From a bacterium (GTDB lineage Bacteria; Actinomycetota; Thermoleophilia; Solirubrobacterales; 70-9): 43,532 bases of DNA. Below the pieces are notes generated by a model. That model was given only the letters and a program-made list of their open reading frames with translations, was not told where the DNA came from and searched no databases. The stretch is from the NCBI GenBank assembly GCA_023251975.1, contig JAHEXU010000003.1:1-43532 (forward strand), in the 5' to 3' direction. Of this stretch, positions 1 through 8,520 are shown piece by piece. The position numbers and the translations under genes were made by a program. Positions within the stretch are counted from its first letter, which is position 1, and every line of letters begins with the position of its first letter.

Positions 1-2
1 AC

Positions 3-134
3 TTCACCGGCACCCTCGATGCCGTTGAAGCCGGGGCGCTGCGCCTCGGCTTCGACGACGGTGCGGTCGAGATTCCGCTCGACGGAGTACGTCGTTCCAA
101 CCTTGTTCCAGACCTTCCGGAGGTAGGCCGATGA
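3..134 (+). CDS. rimP: ribosome maturation factor RimP, C-terminal fragment (5' end outside window)
   Basis: Frame 3 is open from the window edge to TGA 132-134 (FTGTLDAVEAGALRLGFDDGAVEIPLDGVRRSNLVPDLPEVGR). ATGA overlap with the nusA start. Conserved rimP position directly upstream of nusA. Confidence 0.5.
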   Translation, partial: FTGTLDAVEAGALRLGFDDGAVEIPLDGVRRSNLVPDLPEVGR

Positions 135-1645
135 GCCGCGAGATCATCGAGGCGATTCACGCCCTCGAGCTGGAGAAGGGGATCGATTCCGAGACCCTGA
201 TGGAGGCGCTCGAAGATGCGCTGCTGTCCGCCTATAAGAAGACGCCGGGATCGGCCAAGTACGCCCGGGTCGACCTGGCCCGTGACACCGGCGACTTCCG
301 GGTATTTGAACTGATCCTGCCAGCCGAGCTGGAGGAGAAGCTACTCGCCGAGGCGGCCGAGCAGGCCGAGCCCGAGATCGACCCTGCGACCGGCGAGATG
401 CGCGAGCCCGAGGACCCGGAACTCGACCCGGAGATGCTCGCCCCCTACGCGGATCAGATCACGAGCCGCGATGTCACCCCGGACGGATTCGGTCGGATCG
501 CCGCCCAGACGGCGAAGCAGGTGATCTACCAACGGATCCGCGAGGCCGAGCGGATGATGATGTATGAGGAGTACCGCGACCGGGTCGGCGAGCTGATCAC
601 CGGGCTGATTCAGCAGTCCGACAACCGCTACACGCTGGTCCAGCTTCGCGAGCGGGTCGAGGCGCTGATGCCGCGATCCGAGCAGGTATACAACGAGCGC
701 TACGACCACGGGGCACGAATCAAGGCCGTGATCAAGGAGGTCAGCGCGGAGGGGAAGGGGCCGAGCGTGGTCGTTTCGCGTCGCAGCCCCGAGCTGATCA
801 AGAAGCTGTTTGAACTCGAGGTGCCCGAGATCGCGGACGGTCTGGTCGAGGTCGTCGGGGTCGCCCGCGAACCTGGCTTCCGATCGAAGATCGCGGTCGT
901 CTCGCACACCGATGGGGTCGACCCGGTCGGGGCCTGCGTCGGGCCGCGTGGGTCGCGAGTGCGGATGGTTGTTTCCGAGCTGCGCGGCGAGAAGATCGAC
1001 ATCATCCCTTACAACGAGGAACCCGCTCGATTTGTCGCCAAGGCGTTGTCGCCGGCCCGAGTCCGCGAGGTCCTGGTCGACGACGACGCGCAGGCGGCGA
1101 CCGTCGTCGTCCCGGACGACCAGCTGTCGCTGGCGATCGGTCGTGACGGTCAGAACGCGCGACTGGCGGCCAAGCTGACCGGGTGGCGGGTCGACATCGT
1201 CTCCGAGACCGATTTCGCCGCCAACGAGCAGCTCTCCTATGACGAGGAGGGTGGCGAGGTCGCCGACGGACACTGCCTGGCGGTTGGCGTCACCGGTCGT
1301 CGTTGCCCGAACGCGGCACTGCCCGGCTCGCGCTACTGCGGCCTCCCCAACCATCAGGCAATGTCTCGCTTTGAGACCAACCAGACCGCGATCTTGGAGG
1401 GGCTTAGCGGCCCCTACCTGGCGATCTTGGCGGATCCCGACGCGGCTGATGGGGCGGTCAACGCGATCGTCGCCCCGGCCGAAGCAGCGTTCGCGAAGCT
1501 GGCGGCCGATGCGAGCGCGGCGGCGGCCTCGGCCGCGGAGAGCGCCGCCGCCGAGGCCGCGGCGGCAAAAGCAGCCGCCGAGTCGCTCGCAAGCGAAGCC
1601 GGGGCGAGCGCGAGCGATCCCCCCGACTCACCGTCCGCGGGCTAG
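131..1645 (+). CDS. nusA: transcription termination/antitermination factor NusA with about 145-aa C-terminal extension
   Basis: N-terminus MSREIIEAIHALELEKGIDSETLMEALEDALLSAYKK. S1 and two KH regions (VDPVGACVGPRGSRVRMVVSELRGEKIDII; LSLAIGRDGQNARLAAKLTGWRVDIVSE). Followed by a Cys/His cluster and an Ala-rich tail. Confidence 0.95.
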   Translation: MSREIIEAIHALELEKGIDSETLMEALEDALLSAYKKTPGSAKYARVDLARDTGDFRVFELILPAELEEKLLAEAAEQAEPEIDPATGEMREPEDPELDPEMLAPYADQITSRDVTPDGFGRIAAQTAKQVIYQRIREAERMMMYEEYRDRVGELITGLIQQSDNRYTLVQLRERVEALMPRSEQVYNERYDHGARIKAVIKEVSAEGKGPSVVVSRRSPELIKKLFELEVPEIADGLVEVVGVAREPGFRSKIAVVSHTDGVDPVGACVGPRGSRVRMVVSELRGEKIDIIPYNEEPARFVAKALSPARVREVLVDDDAQAATVVVPDDQLSLAIGRDGQNARLAAKLTGWRVDIVSETDFAANEQLSYDEEGGEVADGHCLAVGVTGRRCPNAALPGSRYCGLPNHQAMSRFETNQTAILEGLSGPYLAILADPDAADGAVNAIVAPAEAAFAKLAADASAAAASAAESAAAEAAAAKAAAESLASEAGASASDPPDSPSAG

Positions 1646-1657
1646 CCGACCGAACCG

Positions 1658-3832
1658 ATGGCGAGCAAGCGGGTCCACGAGATCGCGAAGGCGGCAGGTC
1701 GCGACAGCAAGGAGGTCCTGGCGGCGCTGCGCGCTGGCGGCCTCGATGTCAAGACCGCCTCCTCGAGCGTTGACCAGGCGGCGGCGATGGCCGCCCTGAA
1801 GCGGGGCGCCGCGGCCGCCAAGCCAGGCGGCGGCGAGGCTTCGGCGCGCGCGAAACCGGTTCGCCCTCCGAGCGACTCCGGAGCTGCTCGTCCGGCCGCG
1901 GCCAGCGGCGGCGGCGGCAAGAAGATGCGGCGGGTCGTGATCGATTCGCAGGCTTCGCGGCGTGACCAGCAAGGCCCGCCACCCCAGCAGCGACCGCCGC
2001 GTCGCCGTGGCCGGCGCCGCCGTCCGCTGCTCGAGGAGCCCGAAGATCGCAAGCTGATCGCGCCGGCGGCGCCGGTGGCAACCAGGATCAACTCCGGGGC
2101 AACCGTCAAGGAGGTTGCCGAGTCGCTGAGCCTGAACGCGGCCGATCTGATCAAGAAGCTGATGGGGCTGGGGGAGATGGCGACCCTGACCCAGACCCTG
2201 TCCGACGAGACCGTGCTGGTCTTGGCCGACGCGCTCGGCCAGAAGGTCGAGCTGGTCCACTCCGACGAGGAGGACCTGATCGAGGATCTCCCCGAGGAGG
2301 AGGATGAGGCGCTTCGTGAGCGGCCACCGGTGGTCACGATCATGGGCCACGTCGATCATGGCAAGACCTCGCTGCTTGACGCGATCCGCTCGACCGAGGT
2401 CGTCTCCGGCGAGGCCGGCGGGATTACCCAGCACATCGGGGCCTACCAGGTCCACCACAACGAGAAGACGATCAGCTTCATCGATACCCCGGGCCACCAG
2501 GCGTTCACCGCGATGCGGGCGCGCGGCGCCAAGGTGACCGATATCGCGGTGATTGTGGTCGCGGCCAACGACGGGGTGATGCCGCAGACCGTCGAGGCGA
2601 TCGACCACGCTCGCGCCGCCGATGTCCCGATCCTGGTCGCCGTCAACAAGATCGACCTGCCCGAAGCCGACCTCAACAAGGCGCGGAGCGAACTTGCCGC
2701 GCACGGCCTCAACCCCGAGGACTGGGGCGGCGACACGGTCTTTTGCGATGTCTCGGCGAAGACCCAGGAGGGACTCGAGAACCTGCTCGAGATGATCTTG
2801 GTGCTGGCCGAGCTCGAAGAGTTGAAGTCAAACCCCGAGGTCCCGGCGTCCGGCACCGTGATCGAATCGCACCTCGACCAGGGCCGCGGGCCGGTCTCGA
2901 CGGTTCTGGTCCAGCGCGGCACGATGCGGGTCGGCGACGCGGTGGTTGCCGGTCCGCACTGGGGTCGGGTGCGGGCGATGCAAGACCACACCGGGGCGCG
3001 CCTGGAGACGGCCGGACCCGGCGATCCGGTCGAGGTGCTCGGGTTCGCGGGGGTCTGCGAGGCGGGTGAGCGGGTCCGCGCGGTCAGCAACGATCGCGAG
3101 GCGCGCCGCCAGGCGCAGGAACGCGCGAATCGGCTCAAGACCGAGGCGCTGGCCCGCCGCTCGGCCCGCCGAGTCAGCCTCGAGGAGGTCTTTGCGCGGG
3201 CTCAGCAGGGCGATCTGAAGTCGCTACCGCTGGTCTTGAAGTCCGATGTCTCGGGCTCGCTTGAGGCCCTGCAGGACGAGTTGGCAAAGATTCCCCAAGA
3301 CGAGGTGGCAATCGAGATCGTCCACGCCGCGCCGGGCGGGGTCAACGAGTCCGACGTGATGCTGGCGGCCGCCTCGAACGCGATCATCATCGGCTTCAAC
3401 GTGCGGCCGCTGGCCGACGCGCGCCGCGCCGCCCAGCGTGAGGGCGTCGAGATCCGCACCTACTCGGTGATCTACAAGGTGACCGAGGAACTGCGGGCCG
3501 CATTGGAGGGGATGCTCGATCCCGAACAGGTTGAGGAGACGCTCGGCGAGATCGAGGTGCTGGAGTTGTTCAAGGCCTCAAAGATCGGCTCGATCGCCGG
3601 TTGCCGGGTTAACGAGGGCCGGATCTACCGCGATTCCGAGGTCCGCCTGATTCGCGACGGAACCGTCATCTGGAACGGCAGCTTCGGTTCGCTGCGGCGC
3701 TTCAAGGACGATGTCCGCGAGGTCGAATCCGGCCAGGAGTGCGGTGTCGTGCTCGCCGGCTACGGCGATGTCAAGGTTGGCGACATCCTCGAGGCCTACC
3801 GGACCAAGCAGGTCGAAAAGACCCTGGACTAA
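1658..3832 (+). CDS. infB: translation initiation factor IF-2
   Basis: IF2_N-like start MASKRVHEIAKAAGRDSKEVL. GTPase motifs GHVDHGKTSLLD, DTPGHQAF, NKID. Conserved C-terminal domains. Position after nusA. Confidence 0.97.
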   Translation: MASKRVHEIAKAAGRDSKEVLAALRAGGLDVKTASSSVDQAAAMAALKRGAAAAKPGGGEASARAKPVRPPSDSGAARPAAASGGGGKKMRRVVIDSQASRRDQQGPPPQQRPPRRRGRRRRPLLEEPEDRKLIAPAAPVATRINSGATVKEVAESLSLNAADLIKKLMGLGEMATLTQTLSDETVLVLADALGQKVELVHSDEEDLIEDLPEEEDEALRERPPVVTIMGHVDHGKTSLLDAIRSTEVVSGEAGGITQHIGAYQVHHNEKTISFIDTPGHQAFTAMRARGAKVTDIAVIVVAANDGVMPQTVEAIDHARAADVPILVAVNKIDLPEADLNKARSELAAHGLNPEDWGGDTVFCDVSAKTQEGLENLLEMILVLAELEELKSNPEVPASGTVIESHLDQGRGPVSTVLVQRGTMRVGDAVVAGPHWGRVRAMQDHTGARLETAGPGDPVEVLGFAGVCEAGERVRAVSNDREARRQAQERANRLKTEALARRSARRVSLEEVFARAQQGDLKSLPLVLKSDVSGSLEALQDELAKIPQDEVAIEIVHAAPGGVNESDVMLAAASNAIIIGFNVRPLADARRAAQREGVEIRTYSVIYKVTEELRAALEGMLDPEQVEETLGEIEVLELFKASKIGSIAGCRVNEGRIYRDSEVRLIRDGTVIWNGSFGSLRRFKDDVREVESGQECGVVLAGYGDVKVGDILEAYRTKQVEKTLD

Positions 3833-3884
3833 CCGACCGCGAAGCAGGGATCGACCGGGCTGGGAACCTTGTAAGGTCGAGTCA

Positions 3885-4256
3885 ATGCCGACCGAACGCA
3901 TGCGGCGCGTCAACGAGTTGATGCGCGAGGTAATCGGCGGCGCAATCGCCACCGAACTAAAGGATCCCCGGATCGGCTTCGTGACCGTGACCGCCGTCGA
4001 GACAAGCCCCGACCTGCGCACCGCCAAGGTATTCGTCAGCGTGCTCGGCGACGCGACGGCGCGCCGGGACAGCCTCGACGGGCTCAGTTCGGCGCACGGC
4101 CTGCTGCAGGGGACGATCGCGGCTCAGATGCGGATCAAGCGAACCCCGACCCTGAGTTTTCACTACGACGAGCAGCACGCTCGGGCCGCTCGGGTCTCGC
4201 AGCTTTTGCAAAGCGAACAGGCCGAGCAGGGCGAGGTCAGCTGCGACGATGACTGA
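3885..4256 (+). CDS. rbfA: ribosome-binding factor A
   Basis: Internal ATG at 3885 of ORF 3711-4256 gives MPTERMRRVNELMREVIGGAIATELKDPRIGFVTVTAVETSPDLRTAKVFVSVLG, a typical RbfA. Follows infB. Confidence 0.9.
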   Translation: MPTERMRRVNELMREVIGGAIATELKDPRIGFVTVTAVETSPDLRTAKVFVSVLGDATARRDSLDGLSSAHGLLQGTIAAQMRIKRTPTLSFHYDEQHARAARVSQLLQSEQAEQGEVSCDDD

Positions 4257-5262
4257 ACTGCGGCCGGTTCAGATGGAGGCTGATCTGGGTGCCGATACCG
4301 AGGCGCTAATCGCGGCGATCGCGGCCGCCGATCGGTTCCTCCTAACCACCCACGAGGGCCCCGACGGCGACGCTCTCGGCTCGCTTTTGGCGATGAACGA
4401 GCTGCTGGCGCAGATCGGCAAGGACACGGTGATGTTCTTGGCCGCAAAGGAGTTCCCGCTGCCGATCGAGTACCGCTTCTTGGCGCTGTCGGAGGTTTTT
4501 CACGAGCCGCCCGCCGATCTCGCCGACCGGACGATCATCTTCTTGGACTGCGGCAACATCGACCGGATGCCGGTTGATTGGCTGAGCGAGGCGGGCCCGA
4601 TCCTGAACATCGATCACCACCACGACAACACCCGTTTTGGAGCCGTCAACGTGGTCGACACCGAGGCTTCGAGCACCGCTGAGATCGTCTTCGATTTGGT
4701 TGCCGGCCTCGGCGGCGCGCTGACCCAATCGATCGCGTCGGCGCTCTATGTCGGCCTCGTCACCGACACCGGCAAGTTCATGTATGAGAACACCGACGCC
4801 CGCTCGCATCGGGTCGCGGCCGGTCTGATCGAGGCCGGGGTCGATGTCAACGACATCTACCGCCGCCTCTATGAGCGGGTGCCGCTGGAGAAGCTCCACC
4901 TGATTGCCCGGGCGATCTCGAAGATCGAGGTGCACGCGGGGGGGCGGCTTTCGACCGTATATATGACCGCCGCCGATTACGCCGAGACCGGGGCCGGGGA
5001 GGAGCTGACCGAGGGGATCGTCGACTACCTGCGATCGATCGATAAGACCGTGATGGCGGCGGCGATCCGCGACAAGCCCGAGGGCGGGCGCGGTGCCCGC
5101 AAGGTCAGCCTGCGCTCGACCCACGGCGAGCTTGACGTCTCGGTTATCGCTCGTCTCAACGGCGGCGGCGGCCACCCTCGGGCGGCCGGCTTCTCGACCG
5201 ACATGCCACACCGGGAGCTGATCGCCTTCCTCAGCGAGCAACTCACCCGCCAGCTTGGCTGA
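4249..5262 (+). CDS. nrnA: DHH/DHHA1 family phosphoesterase (NrnA-like oligoribonuclease/pAp phosphatase)
   Basis: Motifs HEGPDGDALGS, IDHHHDN (DHH), DTGKF and GGGHPRAAG (DHHA1). 8-nt overlap with rbfA. Same slot as the mycobacterial CnpB/NrnA gene after rbfA. Confidence 0.85.
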   Translation: MTELRPVQMEADLGADTEALIAAIAAADRFLLTTHEGPDGDALGSLLAMNELLAQIGKDTVMFLAAKEFPLPIEYRFLALSEVFHEPPADLADRTIIFLDCGNIDRMPVDWLSEAGPILNIDHHHDNTRFGAVNVVDTEASSTAEIVFDLVAGLGGALTQSIASALYVGLVTDTGKFMYENTDARSHRVAAGLIEAGVDVNDIYRRLYERVPLEKLHLIARAISKIEVHAGGRLSTVYMTAADYAETGAGEELTEGIVDYLRSIDKTVMAAAIRDKPEGGRGARKVSLRSTHGELDVSVIARLNGGGGHPRAAGFSTDMPHRELIAFLSEQLTRQLG

Positions 5263-6106
5263 GGACGGCGAGCGCGGGCTCGATCCGGCGCGGGCGCGGA
5301 TCTTCGTTCGCGACAAGGAGGCCGCGATCACCTCGCACGATCTGGTCAACCGGACCAGGCGCGAGGTTGGGGTGCAACGGGTCGGCCACGCCGGCACCCT
5401 CGATCCGTTCGCGACCGGGTTGATGGTGATCTTGGTCGGCCGTGCGACCCGACTGCAGCGCTACCTGCTCGGCCTCGACAAGACCTACCTGGCGCTGGCC
5501 CAGCTCGGTTGGAGCTCCGACAGCGGCGACCGCGACGGGGTGCTGCACGAGACCGGCCGACTGCCGCGGTCGCTGGCACTACCGACCGGGACGGTGATCC
5601 AGCAGGTCCCGTTGACCTCGGCGGTCCGGGTCGACGGCGAGCGGCTCTACCGCCGAGCTCACCGCGGCGAAGGGGCGCCGCCGGGTGGGCTGCCGACCCG
5701 AACCGTCGAGGTCGCCCGGGCCGAACTCCTCGAGCACGACCCGGCCACGAACCGAGCCCGCTACGAGATCGAGTGTTCATCGGGCACCTACATCCGTTCC
5801 CTGATCGAGACGCTCGACGACGCCTATACGCTCGAGCTGCGACGGACCGCAATCGGCCCGATCGGGCTGGCGGAGGGGGAGCGCGAGTTAAGCGCCGCCG
5901 AGGCGCTGGCCCACCTCCCGGCGATCGAGCTCGACGCCGCCGAGGCGAGCGAGATCAGCTTCGGTCGTCGCCTTGTCGGGGACTACCGGGCCACCGGCGA
6001 GGATGGCCCGCTCCGCCTGCTTCACGACGGCCGCTTGATCGCGGTTGGCCGCTTCGCCGAAGGCGCGCTTCGCGGCGAGGTCGTGCTCGAACCCGCCGCC
6101 ACGTAA
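5255..6106 (+). CDS. truB: tRNA pseudouridine(55) synthase TruB
   Basis: Catalytic motif VGHAGTLDPFATGLMVILVGRATRL. Overlaps the nrnA stop. TTG start, so the exact start is uncertain. Confidence 0.9.
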   Translation: MAEDGERGLDPARARIFVRDKEAAITSHDLVNRTRREVGVQRVGHAGTLDPFATGLMVILVGRATRLQRYLLGLDKTYLALAQLGWSSDSGDRDGVLHETGRLPRSLALPTGTVIQQVPLTSAVRVDGERLYRRAHRGEGAPPGGLPTRTVEVARAELLEHDPATNRARYEIECSSGTYIRSLIETLDDAYTLELRRTAIGPIGLAEGERELSAAEALAHLPAIELDAAEASEISFGRRLVGDYRATGEDGPLRLLHDGRLIAVGRFAEGALRGEVVLEPAAT

Positions 6107-6109
6107 TCA

Positions 6110-7054
6110 TTGTCCTCGCCGATGCTCGATTCGACCCGCAAGATTAAGCTGACGCCGCTCGCCGAGGCCGAGCGGCGGCCGCGGCGAATCGCGATCGGAA
6201 CCTTCGACGGGGTCCACCTGGGCCACCAGGCGGTGATCGCCGGGGCCGACACCGTCTTGACCTTCGAGCCGCACCCGCTGTCGGTGATCCACCCTGAGGC
6301 AGCCCCGAAGCTGATCTGCTCGGCCGAGGTGCGGCGCGATCTGATCGAGGGGCTCGGGGTTTGCGAGCTGGTCGTGATCGGGTTTGACGCCGAGTTCTCG
6401 AAGCTGACCGCCGAGCAGTTCGTCAACCGGATCCTGATCAAGCAGCTCGGCGCGACCCACGTCTCGGTCGGCGAGAACTTTCGCTTCGGTCGGCGGGCGC
6501 AGGGGACCCCGGAGTTCCTCGCCTCCCATCGCGAGTTTGAGACCCGGGTGGTGCCGTTGATCGAGGTCGGCGGCGAAACGGTTTCCTCCTCACGGATCCG
6601 CGCCCTGGTGGCGGCCGGTGAGATGGAGGAGGCAGCGCGCTGTCTCGGCGCCCCGTTCATGCTCGACGGTGAGGTCGTCCGCGGTGATCGCCGCGGACGC
6701 ACCCTCGGCTTTCCGACCGCCAATATCGTCCCCGACGATGCGCTGATCTGCCCTGGCCACGGTGTCTATGCTGGCTTCGTCGACGGCCGCGCCGCCGCCG
6801 TTAGCGTCGGCGTCAGGCCAACCTTCGAAACCGGCCGCGGCGTTCTGGTCGAGAGCTACTTGATCGACTTTCAAGGCGACCTTTATGGCCGGGTTGTGCG
6901 GGTCGCCTTCGCGGCCCGTCTGCGCGGCGAGCGGCGCTTCGCGACCACCGAGGAGTTGATCGCGCAGATGCACCGCGACGTTGCCGCGGCGCGGCTTGTT
7001 TGTGGCCGATTTGAATCAGCGGCGGAACCCGCCGGCCGCGCCGCCAACCCGTGA
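6110..7054 (+). CDS. ribF: bifunctional riboflavin kinase / FAD synthetase
   Basis: N-terminal FAD synthetase region ([17 protein letters not shown]). C-terminal riboflavin kinase region ([44 protein letters not shown]). Confidence 0.93.
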   Translation: MSSPMLDSTRKIKLTPLAEAERRPRRIAIGTFDGVHLGHQAVIAGADTVLTFEPHPLSVIHPEAAPKLICSAEVRRDLIEGLGVCELVVIGFDAEFSKLTAEQFVNRILIKQLGATHVSVGENFRFGRRAQGTPEFLASHREFETRVVPLIEVGGETVSSSRIRALVAAGEMEEAARCLGAPFMLDGEVVRGDRRGRTLGFPTANIVPDDALICPGHGVYAGFVDGRAAAVSVGVRPTFETGRGVLVESYLIDFQGDLYGRVVRVAFAARLRGERRFATTEELIAQMHRDVAAARLVCGRFESAAEPAGRAANP

Positions 7055-7061
7055 CCCCATT

Positions 7062-7091
7062 GGCGCGCCCACCTGTCTATCCTTACGCGCC
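7062..7091 (+). promoter_or_regulatory. candidate rpsO leader stem-loop abutting the start codon
   Basis: GGCGCG (7062-7067) pairs perfectly with CGCGCC (7086-7091) across an 18-nt loop. The 3' arm ends one nt before the GTG start at 7092. No obvious Shine-Dalgarno in between. Confidence 0.25.
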
Positions 7092-7361
7092 GTGTCACTG
7101 ACGAAGGACAAAAAGGCCGAGCTTGTCGGTCAGTTCGGCAAGACCGACGGCGACACAGGATCGCCCGAAGTCCAGGTCGCCTTGTTGACGGCGCGGATCA
7201 ACGAACTGACCGATCATCTGCGCAGCCACAAGAAGGACCACCACTCACGGCGCGGCCTTTTGATGATGGTCGGTCGGCGGCGGCGGCTGCTCCGTTACCT
7301 GCAGCGCAAGGATGTCGAGCGCTATCGCGCGATCGTCGCCGAACTCGGTCTGCGGCATTGA
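7092..7361 (+). CDS. rpsO: 30S ribosomal protein S15
   Basis: GTG start gives [70 protein letters not shown], 89 aa, a textbook S15. Confidence 0.93.
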   Translation: MSLTKDKKAELVGQFGKTDGDTGSPEVQVALLTARINELTDHLRSHKKDHHSRRGLLMMVGRRRRLLRYLQRKDVERYRAIVAELGLRH

Positions 7362-7837
7362 TCGCCGCCGGGACGAGAGCTCCCGAGTTCGCGCTGCGAA
7401 ACCAAGACGGCGAGAAGATCAGCCTCGCCGAACTCCGCGGCAGTCGCGTTCTTTTGATTTTCTACCCGGCCGACTTCAGCCCGGTCTGCAACGACCAGCT
7501 CTCGGTTTACCAGGAGGTCCTCGGTGATTTCGAAGCCAAAAACGTCAAGCCGATCGGGATCTCGGTTGACGGCGCCTTCTGCCACCGCGCCTTCGCCGAC
7601 AAACTCGCTACGACAATCCCGCTGCTTTCCGACTTCAACCCGCGCGGCGCCGTCGCCGCGTCCTACGGCGCCTTCCTCGAGCAACGCGGCCACACCAACC
7701 GCTCCCTGGTCCTGATCGATCCCGACGGCGTGGTCGCCTGGAGCCACCAGGGCCCGATCCTTGAGGTCCCGGGCGCCAACCTGATCTTTGACGCGATCGA
7801 GGCGCTCGACGGCGGCCCAGCCTCAAGCCCCGGCTGA
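7358..7837 (+). CDS. peroxiredoxin (AhpC/TSA, Bcp/AhpE-like)
   Basis: [41 protein letters not shown] carries the peroxidatic Cys context. TTGA start/stop overlap with rpsO. Confidence 0.8.
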   Translation: MIAAGTRAPEFALRNQDGEKISLAELRGSRVLLIFYPADFSPVCNDQLSVYQEVLGDFEAKNVKPIGISVDGAFCHRAFADKLATTIPLLSDFNPRGAVAASYGAFLEQRGHTNRSLVLIDPDGVVAWSHQGPILEVPGANLIFDAIEALDGGPASSPG

Positions 7838-7873
7838 CCGCCGGAGGCGGGCAAATCGGAGCGAGCAGCCGCC

Positions 7874-8407
7874 GTGGCCGCGCTGACCAGCGCCCCGGTT
7901 TCGCCGATCGGGCCAGACGATCACCTTCGCGGCGATCCGGGGCGACCCACCGCGATCCTCTACCTCGACCTCGGCTGTCGTCACTGCGCGGCGCTTTGGG
8001 GCTGGGCGATCGATCTCGACCTGGCGCTGTGCGTTCGCCACTTCCCACTCGGCTCGCGGCGCCCGCGCTCACCGTTCCTGCACGCCGCCGCCGAGGCGGC
8101 CGGGTTGCTCGGCGGCGAGTCGGCCTTCTGGTCGTTGTGGGACGGGCTGCTCGGCGACCAAGCCCGTACCGACGACCCTCACCTTTGGGCGCGGGCCGAG
8201 GCCGCCGGACTCGATCCGGTCGGCTTCGAGGCGACCCGACGCGACGCCGCGACGATCGCTCGGGTCGATCGCGACTTCCGCGGCGGCCTCCGAGCCGGGG
8301 TTGTCGGGACCCCGGCCGCCTTCCTAAACGGGGTCCTGCTGAGTGGTTCGATCGAGGCCGGATTGGAAGGCGTGGCGTCGAGCGACGAGCGCCGCGGCGA
8401 TCTGTAA
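7874..8407 (+). CDS. DsbA-like thioredoxin-fold protein
   Basis: CxxC motif in LYLDLGCRHCAALW. C-terminal GVVGTPAAFLNGVLL is typical of the DsbA/Thioredoxin_4 family. GTG start. Confidence 0.65.
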   Translation: MAALTSAPVSPIGPDDHLRGDPGRPTAILYLDLGCRHCAALWGWAIDLDLALCVRHFPLGSRRPRSPFLHAAAEAAGLLGGESAFWSLWDGLLGDQARTDDPHLWARAEAAGLDPVGFEATRRDAATIARVDRDFRGGLRAGVVGTPAAFLNGVLLSGSIEAGLEGVASSDERRGDL

Positions 8408-8520
8408 GCTTCCCCCGCTAAGCAGAGAAATCTGACAACGAATGACGGGTCGTCAGCCGTCGGGTCTCCGAATTCCCGACAAAAACAAGAAGAGACGGCC
8501 CCGGAAGGAAAACTAAATAG

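Noticed and set aside
341-2704. Long antisense ORFs opposite nusA and infB (341-1354, 1628-2704, 1642-2343, minus strand)
   Set aside because: The products are Arg/Gly/Pro-rich and low in complexity with no motifs. They lie opposite unmistakable core genes. Long shadow ORFs like these are expected in DNA this GC-rich.
8408-8520. Possible regulatory hairpin (GACGG-n8-CCGTC) in the pnp leader
   Set aside because: Only a 5-bp stem. The leader is notably AT-richer, but I cannot support an RNase III-type autoregulatory structure from this alone.
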